Positions 27,800-40,499 of a stretch of 64,000 bases of DNA are shown piece after piece. The stretch spans positions 18,414,001 to 18,478,000 of the forward strand of contig OZ004614.1 of the NCBI GenBank assembly GCA_963924565.1. Reading direction: 5' to 3'. The notes beneath the pieces are model-generated. The model was not told where the DNA came from and did no database searches. It was given only the letters and a program-made list of their open reading frames with translations. The stretch comes from Ascidiella aspersa (Eukaryota). Position numbers and translations under genes: made by a program. Each line of letters starts with the position of its first letter. The stretch's first letter is position 1.

Positions 27800-28624
27800 C
27801 AGGGGTCGGCAACCTTTTTCTAGTCGCGGGCCAAAACCAAACTGAGAAAGGTCTCTGCGGGCCGCACAAAATGCTAACTAAGAATGGTGTTTTTGAAATG
27901 TTTTTTTTTTTTAATTTTTTTTTTTTTTTAAGAATGGTGTTTTTGAAATGTTAGAACAACTGTGAATCAGGCGGGCCTTGGATATTTTTTCCACTTCAAG
28001 ACGTGTTTAAATACATTTACAGAGGCAGTGCAGTGTTGCGCAAAGCGCGAAAAAAGCGTTTGTTTTGTTTAAAATTCGAGTTCACACGTCGTCATCCATA
28101 CTACTAATGAAAAGTGTAGTAAAACTACTTTGAGGGAACGCGATGACATTTAAAGTTAATCTAGCTCTGTGTTTGTTAACCGTTTTAAGTCAAGGCGCAC
28201 CTGGCGAGCGAAGCGAGCGCGATTTTTTTTTTTGTATACTGGTATTTCTTTTAAAAATTTCTTGCAAGTTTTTATTATTTCCGAAAATAAAAAATGTTAA
28301 AAAATATATGTCTAATATTTTTGACTACGTTTTCCGTTTTTGCGCGTCGCATTTGGCAGCCTTCCACGGCGCAACGGTAACGAAGCGCAGATCTAGGTGA
28401 AAACGCAGCATCAAAACTAAACAAAGCGGACGTAGAATGAACATTCGCGCGAAACGCTTTCGCAAAAACGCTTTTCGAAAATTGAAAAGCGAAAACGCTT
28501 TTCGAAATTTTTCGCAATTAACTAGTAACAATAGTCAAAAAGTATGTGGAATGGACTTGTATAATTTTGTCAAAAGAGGCAGCGGGCCGGATCCGGCCCG
28601 CGGGTCGTAGGTTGCCGACCCCTG
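27800..28624. mobile_element. hAT-type MITE with perfect 15-bp TIRs and 8-bp TSD
   Basis: CAGGGGTCGGCAACC / GGTTGCCGACCCCTG, flanked by GACTATCG on both sides. Confidence 0.95.
28160..28525 (+). mobile_element. Possible non-autonomous Helitron nested in the MITE
   Basis: A|TC 5' end and CTAG|T 3' end, with hairpin GAAAAGCG-AAAA-CGCTTTTC about 18 nt before the end. Confidence 0.45.
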
Positions 28625-31427
28625 GACTATCGCATGACAATTAAATTGTAAAATGTTCAAATTCACACAGTAAATTTTTCGGAAAATTCACGTTTCTTTA
28701 CAACATTTGTTTAAGAACCTTTATTTGTGTGAATGTGAACTACTGTTTTGTACCTTAAACCAGTGCTTCTTAAACTTTTTTAGTTTTGTTCACCCCTAGC
28801 ATCTATCTCCAGATTTTTCATTCACCCTTGTCTCATGATATGACAAAATATCTATATATAATAGCACAAAATGACTGAGATTGTTTCGATTTTGACCTTT
28901 TTTTGCCGGCAAGTAAAACGAAAATAGCCACCCCCTACTTAAATATCACTGAGACAATTTGAAAATAATGAAGTGTGTTGTCGGTATGGATTTAATTGTT
29001 GATTTGGCGCTAAACTGTAAAAGGCTTTTCGAAAAACATTGCGCCGCCTGTTGCTAGCCTGTTATCCGAATAACTATGGATAAAAAATAGGTCAAACGGT
29101 GGATGACTTTTATTTTTGCTGCAAAATAAGCTGAAATGCAAGTCTAAACACCTGTTATCTAAGTGACATTGGTCTCTAACTCTAAAACGAAATAACTTTT
29201 TGGAAGACTAACTATGGCAAAATAAAGAGACGGCTAATCAAGTTTAAAGAAGGACATTTTTTTCCTTACTGCAGAATGAGCTGAAAATTGCAGAAGTGCA
29301 AGTCTAAACATCTCTTATCTAAATGATATTGGTCTCTAAACTTTTTCCAAGACTACTTACCGAAAATGACGCGAAATACGCGAATTAGCGACGGCTTTTT
29401 GCTCCAGACTTATTGAAGCCCAAATTTCATTATTTATTACATTATCGTCGACTTGTAACATATTATGGCCCGCTTCTACATCTGTGGTGTTTGCGCTTTG
29501 AGTCTTTCCATCAAAAACTTGAAAGAGTTGCCAAAAATATTGGAAATTTTAAAAATATTTGCTATATATAGTGTTGCTAACAGAGTTCCTATGCAAAAAT
29601 GTTTCGAATACAGTGAAAATTCTTGTCTGTTAGATAATTTAGACGTTTCTGGCAGAGAACGGTGTGTTTATTAAATCTTGATGCATAAATTTCCTCTTTT
29701 CTTGTAAAACTAACTTGTTTCAATTCCTCAGTAAAACTATAAATGGTATCAGGTACAGTAAGAGAGGGGTGTGTTTATGTAATTGATGTCGTTCATATTT
29801 CTCCAGTAATTGTCCAATACAAAAATATAATTAATTATGTAATTTGTTCAACAGTGTTGCAGCCCTTACACTTTGATAAACATTTTCAGTTGTAAAAAAT
29901 ACTGACAAAACAGTGTTTTTTGAGCCAGGTTAGTAAATCTCTTCTCAGGCTCTTGATGTTTTATAAAGTTAGTGAAAAAAGTTTTGTAAAACTAAAGTAC
30001 ACTGTTTCAAATTTTAAGTTATTATTAATGTTTTATTACATCAAAGGCTCCCAGTGTAATATTGATATGTCTGCCTTCATGGTTAGTCAGTATCTTTAAA
30101 TGGACAAGTCTATGTGAGTGAATATGTCATCATTTTTTATTTCTTTTTTATAAACATCTCCCCTAACATTGTATATATATTTTGCGGAGTTATTTAATCT
30201 TTTTTTAGAAATTATGGAATATAGTTATCATGTTACGTTTGGTAAATTTAAAAAAAATGTCAAATGTCTATCAAAAGAAGCTGTGATTGAAGAAGTAAAG
30301 AATATATTTGGTATAGTAAAAAGCATTGAACTTCAAGTATATAATAATGAATTACCAGACAAAGGAAAACTTCTAGTTATTTGTTGTCTGTAAATGAAAA
30401 ATTCTGTATGTATGTGTACAATAAATAGAAATACCTGTCCTATATATTCCTGTAGTGACAAAGAACTGGTTTTAAGTCAACAACCGAAAACTTTAAATAA
30501 ATTGTGTCAACCTTTGCAAATTGTTCAACGTTATAAAGTAATCATTTTCATGAAATTACAAGTTTTGTTAAACACTAAATAGAATTAGTAAAAATTGACT
30601 AAACTTAAAAAGTATTTTTATGTTATTTTGTATTTTTGGTGCTTACTAAAGGTCTTCGGAAACTGCCTACAAAACGGTTTGCATGAAACTTGTAGAGAAG
30701 TATCCTGTTCTGGCTGACAAAAATAATGACAATGCAATTTAATTGTAAGTTTGCTATCAATCTAAATACATTTTCTGATAGTAGAAAAATATAGGCATTC
30801 AAGCCGTATTTGGTTTGACCAGGGAACGTGGTTGATTAGCCTAAGGCAGAGGTTTAAAGATGCCCGTTGGCCAATGAAACAGTAAAGTGAGAGCCATGAA
30901 GCGTAAATATCGCTTTCAAAAAATGGAATAAGCTTCAGGTTATGAAGACCAGCTCACCCCTGCTAGGCGCAGTTTTTGTGATAAGATGTGTTGTTATTTT
31001 GAGAATCCATGTAACAATAAACAGTTTGGTATACCGGAATTGAGTGACAGTGCTTAAAATCGGTTATCAGATTTTTCTTTCAACCATTTATATTTATGTA
31101 AAGTTTAAAAGTTGTTTAAATTATTAGAAACAAGACACAGAACATAATGAGGTATTTGAAGATGAAATCGGCCCAAACCAGCACATAAAAAGAGGAGTAA
31201 AAAGTACCTCCAAGTGAGGCGGTTATGCTTGTTCGTATGATGCGGACTTATCAATATTTAGCCTTTCCACATGGCCGCTTCAAAGGTGGCTTTTTGGTGT
31301 GCGTATCGAAAGGTTTTCGGTTTGCCCAGTTCACCTTCTACTTAATTTCGGTTTATGTGTTGTTAAGTGAAGATTTTTACGCAGTCATATTCATAGCAAA
31401 GGTAAGGTACATTTTAGTAACAAAAGG

Positions 31428-34400
31428 TGTATTGAAGCGGTTGATGCTTTATTGCGAGATGCGTAGATCGAATAAAAAGGGTCAGCGCAACACAACACTC
31501 GATTATAAAGCACAACACAAAAAAGGCAAATTGCACGCTTCGCTAAGCGCGCGCCGACACGGAACCATGTACGCCACAGTACCCCAGAAGCGGGCATATA
31601 AAAAGCCGCGTAGCGTTGCGGGGGATGAACGTTGCTGCGTCTTGGTCGTCCTCTGGCCGGAGGTTGCGCGACTGGAACCGGTTTAGTTAAATCGACGTGA
31701 GCCGGTTTCAAGCGGTCGATGGAAATGGTCTGTTGACGACCAACATCTAAAAGGAAGGTTTTGCTGGACGCTTGAAGGACCTTATATGGGCCGCGTCGTA
31801 CGGTTTGGTCAGAGGAGCGCGATGAGTGTCACGGCGTACAAACACGTATGGGCTTATTCCTCAATGTCGACGGGACGGAAATACGAGGGTTGCTGTGACG
31901 CGACATCGGTTGTGGCAACAGCTGTCGGAGACTGTCCTGTAAAGCAGGTAAAATCCTTCATTAGCAATGAATTGACCCGGAATTGTTAAAGGTGCGCCAT
32001 AAACCAACTCAGCGGATGACGCTTTTAAGTCTTCCTTAGGAGCAGTTCTAATGCCCAGCAACACCCAAGGCAACTCGTCCATCCAGTTTGATCCCGTCAA
32101 GCGTGCCATCAATGCGCTCTTCAAATGACGGTGAAAACGCTCCACCAGGCCGTTCGCTTGAGGATGGAATGCTGTCGTGCGGTGGAGGTGAATAATACCC
32201 AATAGTTGGCCTACGGTAGTCCACAGCTCAGACGTGAACTGCGGGCCTCGATCGAGAGCCCGCGCACAGGTGAGTGTGGTAGCGTCTTCCATTGGTATAG
32301 CTTCCGGCCATCGTGAGAATCTGTCGACAATTGTCAAAACATACCTATGGCCTCGACACGGTGGAAGCGGAAGGAATGGACAAATGACCTGGATAGCGCA
32401 TCAGCAACTGTATTTGACTTACCGCTGATGTGTTGGACATCGGTAGTAAACTGGGAAATATAGGAGAGTTGACGTTGCTGACGAGCAGACCACGGATCTA
32501 AAACTTTCTTGAATGCAAAAGTGAGAGGTTTGTGATCAGTATAGGCTGTGAAGTTGCGACCTTCAAGAAAGTAGCGAAAGTGCCTGATTGCTAGGTGTAG
32601 TGCTAACAACTCGCGATCGAAGGCACTGCTGTACCTGGTTTCGGGTTTTCTCAGTTGACGACTGAAAAACGCCAGGGGGGCCCAGCAGCCTTCTTTAAGT
32701 TGTTGGATGACAGCGCCGACGGCAGACTGCGAAGCATCAACTGTGAGCGCGATGCTGGCTTGCCACTCCGGGTGATGCAAAAGCGTTGCGTTAGCGAGTG
32801 CATTCTTTGCTTTGTCGAAAGCTTCCTGAAGAACGCGAGTCCAAACGAGTGACCTCGGCTTGCCGGATAAGGAACCATACAGGGGCTTCATAATGTCTGC
32901 GACATTTGGAATGAACCTGTGATAGAAGTTTATCATACCGCAAAACTCCTGTAAACCCTTGACGGTTTGAGGCACAGGAAAGTTGTTGATTGCGTCAACT
33001 TTCGAAGGCAGAGGTTTGACCCCGTGCTGGTCAACGAAATGACCGAGGAACTCCAGGCTTTCTTCACCGAACTCGCACTTTTGCAGGTTCAAAACAAGAC
33101 CGTGGTCTGAAAGCTGCTGAAAAAGCTGCGTTAAGGGTTGCATATGAGCAGCCTTAGTTGGACTAGCAACAAGAATGTCATCGAGGTAAACATAAATAAA
33201 GTGCAAACCTTGACAAATCGAGTCCATCATCCTCTGAAAAGTTTGCGCGGCATTCTTCAACCCAAACGGAGTTCGAAGAAACTCGAAGAGACCAAATGGC
33301 GTGATGACAGCGGTCTTTGCGATGTCTGCTTCAGCAACTGGAACCTGATGATAGCCTCGTATTAAGTCTATTTTAGAAAATACGGTACAACCAGCCAGAC
33401 GTGCAGTAAAGTCGTGGATATGGGGTATAGAGTAACGATCAGCTTGAGTGGCATCATTGAGGCGACGATAATCGCCACAGGGGCGCCAACCACCCGAGGG
33501 AGGGCTTCTCTACCATGTGGAGAGGTGACGACCATGGGCTGGATGACCGGCGCACTATATATACCTAACTCGAGCATCTTTTGAAATTCAGCCCTAGCTA
33601 ACGATAACTTTTCAGGCGAAAGGCGTCTGACGCGGGAATGTACAGGTTGGCCAGTGATCACAATATAGTGTTGTACGCCATGTTTAGGCAAAGCATCGGA
33701 AAAAACTAGGGATTTTCAGACTAGGAAACCTATCTAATAATCTTTCAAATGGAGAAAGCAACGAATTAAGTGTGTTAAGTTGAGGCGGTGGACAGCGATA
33801 TACTCTTAACGGGCCGGCTGTCTTCGCTATCACAGCCAGCCGGCCTTGTCGTTTCCCTGAAAAGAACACGGTTGGCTGCATTGACGTGCGTCTGCTCCAA
33901 AGCGTCTATGGAAACATATACCAGTAGTTTTATCGCTGTTATTGCGAAATTGCTTACCGCGTTGCACCTTGCTTACAGCAAACTCGTTGCTGCTACTGCG
34001 AGAAAGCCATAAAATGTCTGGCTGCCTTCAGAGCCAATCGACGAAGATATGTGGTATCCTCGTGAGCCAATACTAACCGGATATCCTCAGGCATGTGCTG
34101 CAAAAACAAATGTTCAAAAAGAAAACAAGAACGGTGGTGTCTCCGAGTAGGGCAAGCATCTCGTCCATTAAAACAAGAGGGTTTCTTGTCGCCCAAAGGA
34201 GGCATGTTTAAAAGCTGCGCTGCTCGTTCTTGCTTTGAAAGCGTAAATGACTGCAGCAAGCGTTTCTTAATTGCGTCGTACTTGCCTTCGGCCGGCGGGC
34301 GCTCCAGCAGGTCAATTAAACGTGCTGCAGTTTCTTGGTCGAGCGCAAAAACTATGTAATAGAACTTAGTTGCTGTGTTGGCCAGAACGTAGGAAGAAGC

Positions 34401-34470
34401 TTGATCGAAACGGCGTGTTCAGCTTCCATCTTCGACTTCAAAAGAACGTTTTAAAGTTGCGGGGTTACCA
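31428..34470 (-). mobile_element. Ty3/Gypsy LTR retrotransposon (CsRn1-like), frameshifted gag-pol; 5' LTR missing
   Basis: gag: TKFYYIVFALD...LGDKKPS and CHCC motif CFHRRFG..ARQCSQPC. RT/RNase H ORF 32334-33260 (YLDDILV, DASQSAVGA, YTDHKPL). Integrase 31861-32337 (GLVERFHR). PBS-like TGGTAACCCCG at 34460-34470. Putative 3' LTR 31428-31578. Confidence 0.93.
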
Positions 34471-35686
34471 GTAAAGCGATTATGTTTGTTTATTCGCGTC
34501 ATTAGGGGAAGCGAATAAAGGAGGAAAAGGACGAGAAAAACGGGCGAGGCGTACATTACACAACACGGAAATAATAAATAAATAAAAAGGAAAAGAAAGG
34601 TAATGTGTAATAACAATGGAAAGCGTTGGACAGGATGGGCGGCGGGGGTTAATATCTATAAATATTCGGAGGAAACGTTGCATTTTACGGGAAGGAAAGC
34701 GAGCAGAAAGTGGGCGGTAGAGAGCCCATGCGAATATTACATAAAGTTGAGGTACAATTGAAGAGGGTGCGAGAAAAGGAGTGGATATTTGAAAACCGTG
34801 CTAGGTCTCAACAGGGTATGCAGTGTGACGAGGTTACTAGGGAAAGGACAAAAAAAGGCGCGACATGGCAATATATTGACCACTAGGAGAGCTAGGAAGC
34901 GTTGTGGTGGAAGACCAATAAGTAGACAAAATTAACGAAGGCTTGCGTGGCGATGCTTACTATAAAACGAGGAGGAGTCATATTGAAACAAGCAAACAAG
35001 GTCTTAAATGGCGTAGGTAAATAAATAAACAAAGAAATAAATGGCGATGGATGCTGAAAAGAATAAAAAGAACAATAAGTAGAGAAAGGGTGTTGGTCAG
35101 CCAATGAGAGCTCAAAGTTTGTAGTGTCTAGGGTTCGGGGAGGGGGGTATGTCCCCTGGTTCTTCTCCCTGGATTGGCTATTAAGGAGAGCTTGTGCTAG
35201 TTCTCTCTCATTGGTGGCAGTATGGGTTTTCGCCTCGGACGAGAGCATTTTAGGGGTAATTCTGAATTTTATTGGGGCGCACAATGGAGCTTGGTCTTTT
35301 GATGATTGTTTTGCCTGTTATTTGGGCCTGTTCCGAAAAGAACTTGGACTATTTTTGGGTTGGATATTTAGATTTTATTTTGCCTATTATTTCACCTATC
35401 CCATTAGGACTGGGTGAAAGTGAGGAGGATTTTTGGTAAGGTGGTGCCGGAAAATTTAGTTGTTCTAGGTATTGGAGGGTTAATTTTTTGGGGGGCAGCT
35501 TTGCCTTGTTGGTTTTGGGTGGTCTAAGTGGGTTTTTTATTTGAAATTTACGGGGTTTTTGTTTCCTTATTGTGCGGTTTAAAGTTTTATTGGGTGGGAG
35601 ATTGGCGAGTTGAAATTGTCGTTTATGTTTTAATTTTATTGGGGGTGGGGTGGCAAAGCTGCCGCAGGACGCAACTCACAACGTAC

Positions 35687-38600
35687 CTATTGGGATAGCA
35701 AATTCCTGAGGTCTTGTATTGTTGACATGAATGTTGTGTCTAGCCTATTATGTTCAACGTTGAGTCGTTGTGTAATTCCTCTTTTTATTGCAGATATAAT
35801 TGCTGAAACTGGCCGAATTTGTTTATGTTCGAACTTGATTTTATTTCTGGTTCTCCAGATGTGGTGCCGGGTGAGTGTATTGATGTATACTAGGTGCTCT
35901 GTGTATATTTCAAGGTGGCTGGGTATGTTGAGTCGTGTAGTAATCTCATCAGTGAGCGTGGTGGCAGTGTTGGTGAGTCGGTTGATTAGCTGTTCAATGT
36001 ATTTCCACACTGGCGCCAGTGTGGAACATGTTGAAAAAATGTGGTGCGTGGTTTCTGGCCTACTTCCGCAGAAGAGGCACAAGGTAGCCGGGTCGAGAGA
36101 TATGGAAGAGAATTTGGTGGATACGGGTAAGAGGTCAAATAAAGTTCTATAATTAAACGTTTTTGCCGCGTTAGAGAGGATTGGGTGGTGGACGTTATTC
36201 CAGAGGGTTGTCGGAGCAATGGGACCATCCCTCTGGCTAACGTCGGGGTTGGGGGAGACTAGGCCTAGATAGAGGGTACGGATTGAGCCATGAACGAGTT
36301 GGTCGAAGGAGAAAGAATATTTTTTAACCAGGTTTAAGGCGTGTTTGTAGAAGGGGTTGGGGATAACGGCGTGGGGGTGTGAGTTTCTTAGTCGTAACTT
36401 AAAAAGGTTTGAAAGTTGGAGTCCAATATTATACTCGATCATGGCCAATCCGGGTGTAGTTGGGGTATCGTTTTCTCTATGGCGGCAATAGAAGAAGATA
36501 GACTGCATAAAGAAAAGATCGCAGTAGACGGGAATGTTTGCTACCTTGTATCCCCCCCTATCGAACGGAAGGGCCAGTTGTTGTATTGGAAGGTGCAATC
36601 TACTGTTCCCAGTTATAAAATTACCGACCGCGTCATCTACCCGTTGCCGCAACGACTCGGGGAGTGGATAAACCGTGGCTGTATAGGATATTAATGGCAG
36701 GAATTTAGCCTTCGTGACGATGGATTTGGCGTTCCACGTCATTGCGAACCGGGCATGGCGTTTTATTGTGTCTGTGAGGGTTTTAAAATGTTCGGCCCAG
36801 TTCGCCGTGACGCTCGGCCCAGACCCGATCACGGTCCCGAGTAAACTCAGGTGCGATCGAGTCCATCCGATGGGGGGGAGGGGGCCCTGAGCGCTTCGGG
36901 TGTAGAGGCCTTTGGTCTTGGAGTAGTTCAGAGTTAAACCCGAAGCGTCTCTGAAACGATCTAATTTTTGGAACGCCAATGTCACGGAGTATGGGTGGCA
37001 AAGGGTCAGGGTTGTGTCATCGGCATAACTGGGACACTTGATGCAGTGTCGACCAGGTATGCCGATGCCGCTGACCGACGAGTCGGCCTGAAGGGCCAGT
37101 GAGAAGGGCGTTGCGGCAATCAGGAAGAGGAACAAGCTAAGGGGATCGCCTTGTCTTATTCCCCTTCCAATTGCAAATGGCGCAGTCGGGAACCCGTTAA
37201 CAAGAACAGTAGATTGTGCGTCTGTGTTTATGCTGCGTATTACTCTGATAAAGTGTTCAGGAAAACCCATTTTAGTCATAACACAATAAAGCCATGCGTG
37301 GTCGACCGAGTCGAAGGCCTTCTTGAAGTCTAGGGAGATAAAGTAAGCATCCGTACCCCTCCCCAGCGCGTCATAGTAGAGATCCCTAAGGAGGGTGGTG
37401 GCATCCGATATACGCCGTTTTGGCGCTGCGAATTGGTGGGGGTGGAGGACTCGCTCCAGGATCGCTTTTATCCGAGTGGCCAGGATTTTGGTGTAAATTT
37501 TTAGGTCGGTGTTGAGCAGGGAGATAGGGCGATAGTTTCCTAGGTCCGAGGGATCTTGTTTTTTGTGTAAAAGGGTGAGTGTGCCGAGTTTCATGTCCTC
37601 GGGGATTTGGCCTTGTTCGTGGATTCGGTTCATGACGTCAGTCAGATCCCGACCAATCAGCTCCCAGTACAGAGAATAAAACTCTGTGCTGATGCCGTCC
37701 GGACCGGGGGACTTTCCCGACGCCATTTGCCGAATTGCGTTATGTACTTCCTGGCCCGTGATTGGTCGGGTCAGGGTGTCGTCTAAGGGGTCTAAGCTAG
37801 TAGGGACGTGCGCTAGAAAACTCCGCTGCGCCTCGGCGTCTGTGGGTTGAGTGCGGTACAAGTCCGTGTAAAAGCTGTGGGCGATGTTAAGCATCTCTAC
37901 GTTGTTACTGGTTTTGTTTTGGCTTGTGCCTTGTTTAAGCTCGAGTATGGTTGTGTTCCTACGCTGTTCGGCAAACCGAGCAAAGAAAGCCTTTGTGCCC
38001 CGGTCTCCCCAGTCAAAACCTTGGGCTTGGGATTTTAGAAGTCTGGCGCGGGCAGATTGCCGCTGAAGGGTGCAAAGTTGACGTTTAAGGGTTAGGTAGG
38101 GGGTAAGTAGGGTTGGGTTGTTTGCCAGCGGCCCCCAGAGTGCCGTGACGCCTTCCTGCAGTTGCACATGGTGTTTGTTTCGCTCTACGGCTAGCAATTT
38201 GGAGTGCTTTATGTTAAGGTCTTTTATGCGTTGTTTTATGTGCAGCCACCAGGAGGTTTTATCGTCGAAAAGGGCGGGGTGGAGCGTGCTCCACATTTCC
38301 CACCGCTTTTCGAGTTCCTCCAGGAAAGCTGCGTTGGCGTAGGTGCTAGTATTGTTTTTCCAGTACCCCTTACCCCTGCGGGATCCGGGGACTGTCTCGA
38401 TTTGTAAGGTTACCATGTCGTGGTCCGACTGGCAATTAGGCGGCGTCCCATTTTCCGAAATTGGTTTTATGAGTGCGCTGATATAGAAACGATCTAAGCG
38501 GGACTGTGTGTTGTTAAGTCTACGTGTATAGAATGGCCTATCGCCGTACAACTGCCGAAAGGAGTCTGACAACTGGAGATCGCGGCAAACGTCAATGAGA

Positions 38601-39071
38601 CCTGCCAGGAGCTCGGGATAAGTAGAGGGGGGGGTAAACGATCAAGGCGCGAGTTCTCCACCCCGTTAAAATCGCCCGCCAAAATGGTTGGGTGCCTCGA
38701 ATGCACGTGCACGTACAGCGACCCGAAGAAAGCTCTGCGAGCAGCACTTCCTTCGGTTCGCTGCGGGGCATACACGTTTACGACGTGTATTGTTGAGCCG
38801 AAAAGCTGTATATCGACTGCCAGGACCCGCCCGTCTCCGTCGCCACTACGCGCGCCGAAGCTGAGTGATGGATGCCTAAGCAATATCGCGACCCCGTTCC
38901 TCGCGAGAGGCCTCGACAAGGCCGACCAAAACAGGGCTTTATTGGGTTGCCATTCAACACCCCACGCCATTTCCTCCGCAGGAGAACTGTGCGTCTCCTG
39001 ATGGCCGATCGTTTGGCCGCATCTTTCATTCCCCCGACGTTGAATGTGGTTACTTTAAGGTAAGTAGCCAT
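35687..39071 (-). CDS. Family A ORF2: APE endonuclease, reverse transcriptase and C-terminal zinc knuckle (frameshifts in the endonuclease region)
   Basis: MATYLKVTTFNVGG, ILAGDFN, SRLDRFY, SDHD, GKSPGPDG, YRPISLLNTD, SLDFKKAFDSVDH, GIRQGDPLS, YADD, CLFC..ETTHHIFSTC. ORFs 38778-39071, 38494-38970 and 35687-38572. Confidence 0.95.
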
Positions 39072-39128
39072 GACTACTATTTAGTTTAGGTTAAGCTATC
39101 TATCCTAGGTACATCCTAAGTTGCGTCC

Positions 39129-40499
39129 TTATGCCATGCTTTGCGAAAGCGGCGTGGCCTTCTTCTCGCATTGGGGGCAGACGCTTATGTCTCCCGTGTT
39201 TGAAAAAAAATGGCAGCTGCCGACGCAGCTTTGTAGCCACTGGGGGCAGCCGGTACACTTAATGGCTTTGCCCGCTAGAGGGACTTGGACGGCCACGCCG
39301 CAATCGCAGGTTTCGGTTAGAGTTTCTAGGCGCTGTGCCTTATGGTTAGTTGTACTCTCGTCCGAGCCTGAATAAAACCGCTTAACTGCATCATTTATGT
39401 TGTCGTCGTCCTGATGCTGTTCCCCTCCTGTTGTGTCCGTTTCCGATGTGAATGTGGTTGTAGTTTCGCTTGAGCTGGATTCCGTGGTGCCCGATGTGCC
39501 CGCGTTCACCGCTAAGGCGTCGTTTTCAGTGGTGCCCGCGTTCACCGCTAAGGCGCTGTTTTCTGTTTTGCCCGCGTTCACCGCTAGGGCGCTGTTGCTT
39601 GCTGTGCCCGCGTTCACTGCTAAGGCGTTGTTGTCATTGGACCCCTGTTCACCAGGTGCCGCTTTTTCTTTCCCGCCTTCCTCGCTCTCGCTCGGTGGTT
39701 GGTCGGTTGGCGGGGGGGAGGTTCTCTCAGGCACCTGTTGATGGGAAGGCGGCGGAGGAGGAGGAAGAGGGGGAGTAGGAGGAGGAGGAGGGATGTTGGG
39801 GAGAGGAAGGCCTGGCTTGGGCCATTGTTTCCCGTTGCGTCTGTTGACGGTGGTGTAGCCATCCATGTTGGATGGCCCTGGTTTGGGGGTTGACGTGTGA
39901 TCCGGCGTTGTCAGCTCCTGAGATTTCAGGACCTGGCAGTCGTCCTTGTAGTGGCCGAACTTTCGGCATATAAAGCATTGGGGGGGTTGGCCCGTGTACT
40001 TTGTCGGGAAGGCCAGCCCCTCGACCCGGATCGTTTGCGGGATGGGGCTTCTTTTGAGGTCCGCAGTTCTCATTGTATAAGTGGTGCGGCCGTCGTTTAA
40101 ATGGTTGCGGTCCTTCTGCCGCTTGTAAACTTTGACTTCTCCATGCCGGAAATTCAGTAGGGAGACTATTTCCTGGATCGGAAATCTTGGCGGGACGTGT
40201 GAGACTTCGACCGTAGTAAACTCGCTTTCATACCGCTTGACGGACTGGACCGCTGATTGGCCGGTTAGGCGTATGACCAGGTCATCGGCGGTTTTTTCGT
40301 CGACGCAGGTGAAGTCAGTGAAGCCTCCTCTGCGTTCGACGATGCCTTCCAGGCGGTTGTAGTTGAAGTGCGCCTTCTTCAGCAGTTCGTATATGAAGTT
40401 GCGGGATCTTTTGTCCGGCAGCTTTGCCACTACTTCTGTTTTTCTTTCGAAGATTGTTCGGCTTCTGGCGACAACTTTGTTCCAGGCTGGCTGGGACAT
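39129..40499 (-). CDS. Family A ORF1 (RRM-like region, CCHC knuckle, low-complexity linker, Cys-rich C-terminus)
   Basis: Intact 456 aa ORF upstream of ORF2; CFICRKFGHYKDDC; C-terminal CDC..CTGC..CVGSC..CPQC. Confidence 0.9.
   Translation of the reverse strand: MSQPAWNKVVARSRTIFERKTEVVAKLPDKRSRNFIYELLKKAHFNYNRLEGIVERRGGFTDFTCVDEKTADDLVIRLTGQSAVQSVKRYESEFTTVEVSHVPPRFPIQEIVSLLNFRHGEVKVYKRQKDRNHLNDGRTTYTMRTADLKRSPIPQTIRVEGLAFPTKYTGQPPQCFICRKFGHYKDDCQVLKSQELTTPDHTSTPKPGPSNMDGYTTVNRRNGKQWPKPGLPLPNIPPPPPTPPLPPPPPPSHQQVPERTSPPPTDQPPSESEEGGKEKAAPGEQGSNDNNALAVNAGTASNSALAVNAGKTENSALAVNAGTTENDALAVNAGTSGTTESSSSETTTTFTSETDTTGGEQHQDDDNINDAVKRFYSGSDESTTNHKAQRLETLTETCDCGVAVQVPLAGKAIKCTGCPQWLQSCVGSCHFFSNTGDISVCPQCEKKATPLSQSMA
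39497..39632. repeat. 36-bp coding tandem repeat x4 (ALAVNAG)
   Basis: TGCCCGCGTTCAC(C/T)GCTA(A/G)GGCG with period 36. Confidence 0.95.

Noticed and set aside
29900-31200. Possible exons of a CACTA/EnSpm-type accessory gene
   Set aside because: Only vague protein-like stretches with stops; no motif I can support.
35727-38407. Many short antisense ORFs over the Tx1, Gypsy and histone coding regions
   Set aside because: These are shadow ORFs of GC-richer coding sequence with no independent features.
39497-39632. CRISPR-like repeat with variable spacers
   Set aside because: It is an in-frame 36-bp coding minisatellite in a eukaryotic ORF1, with 12-nt variable parts and no cas genes.
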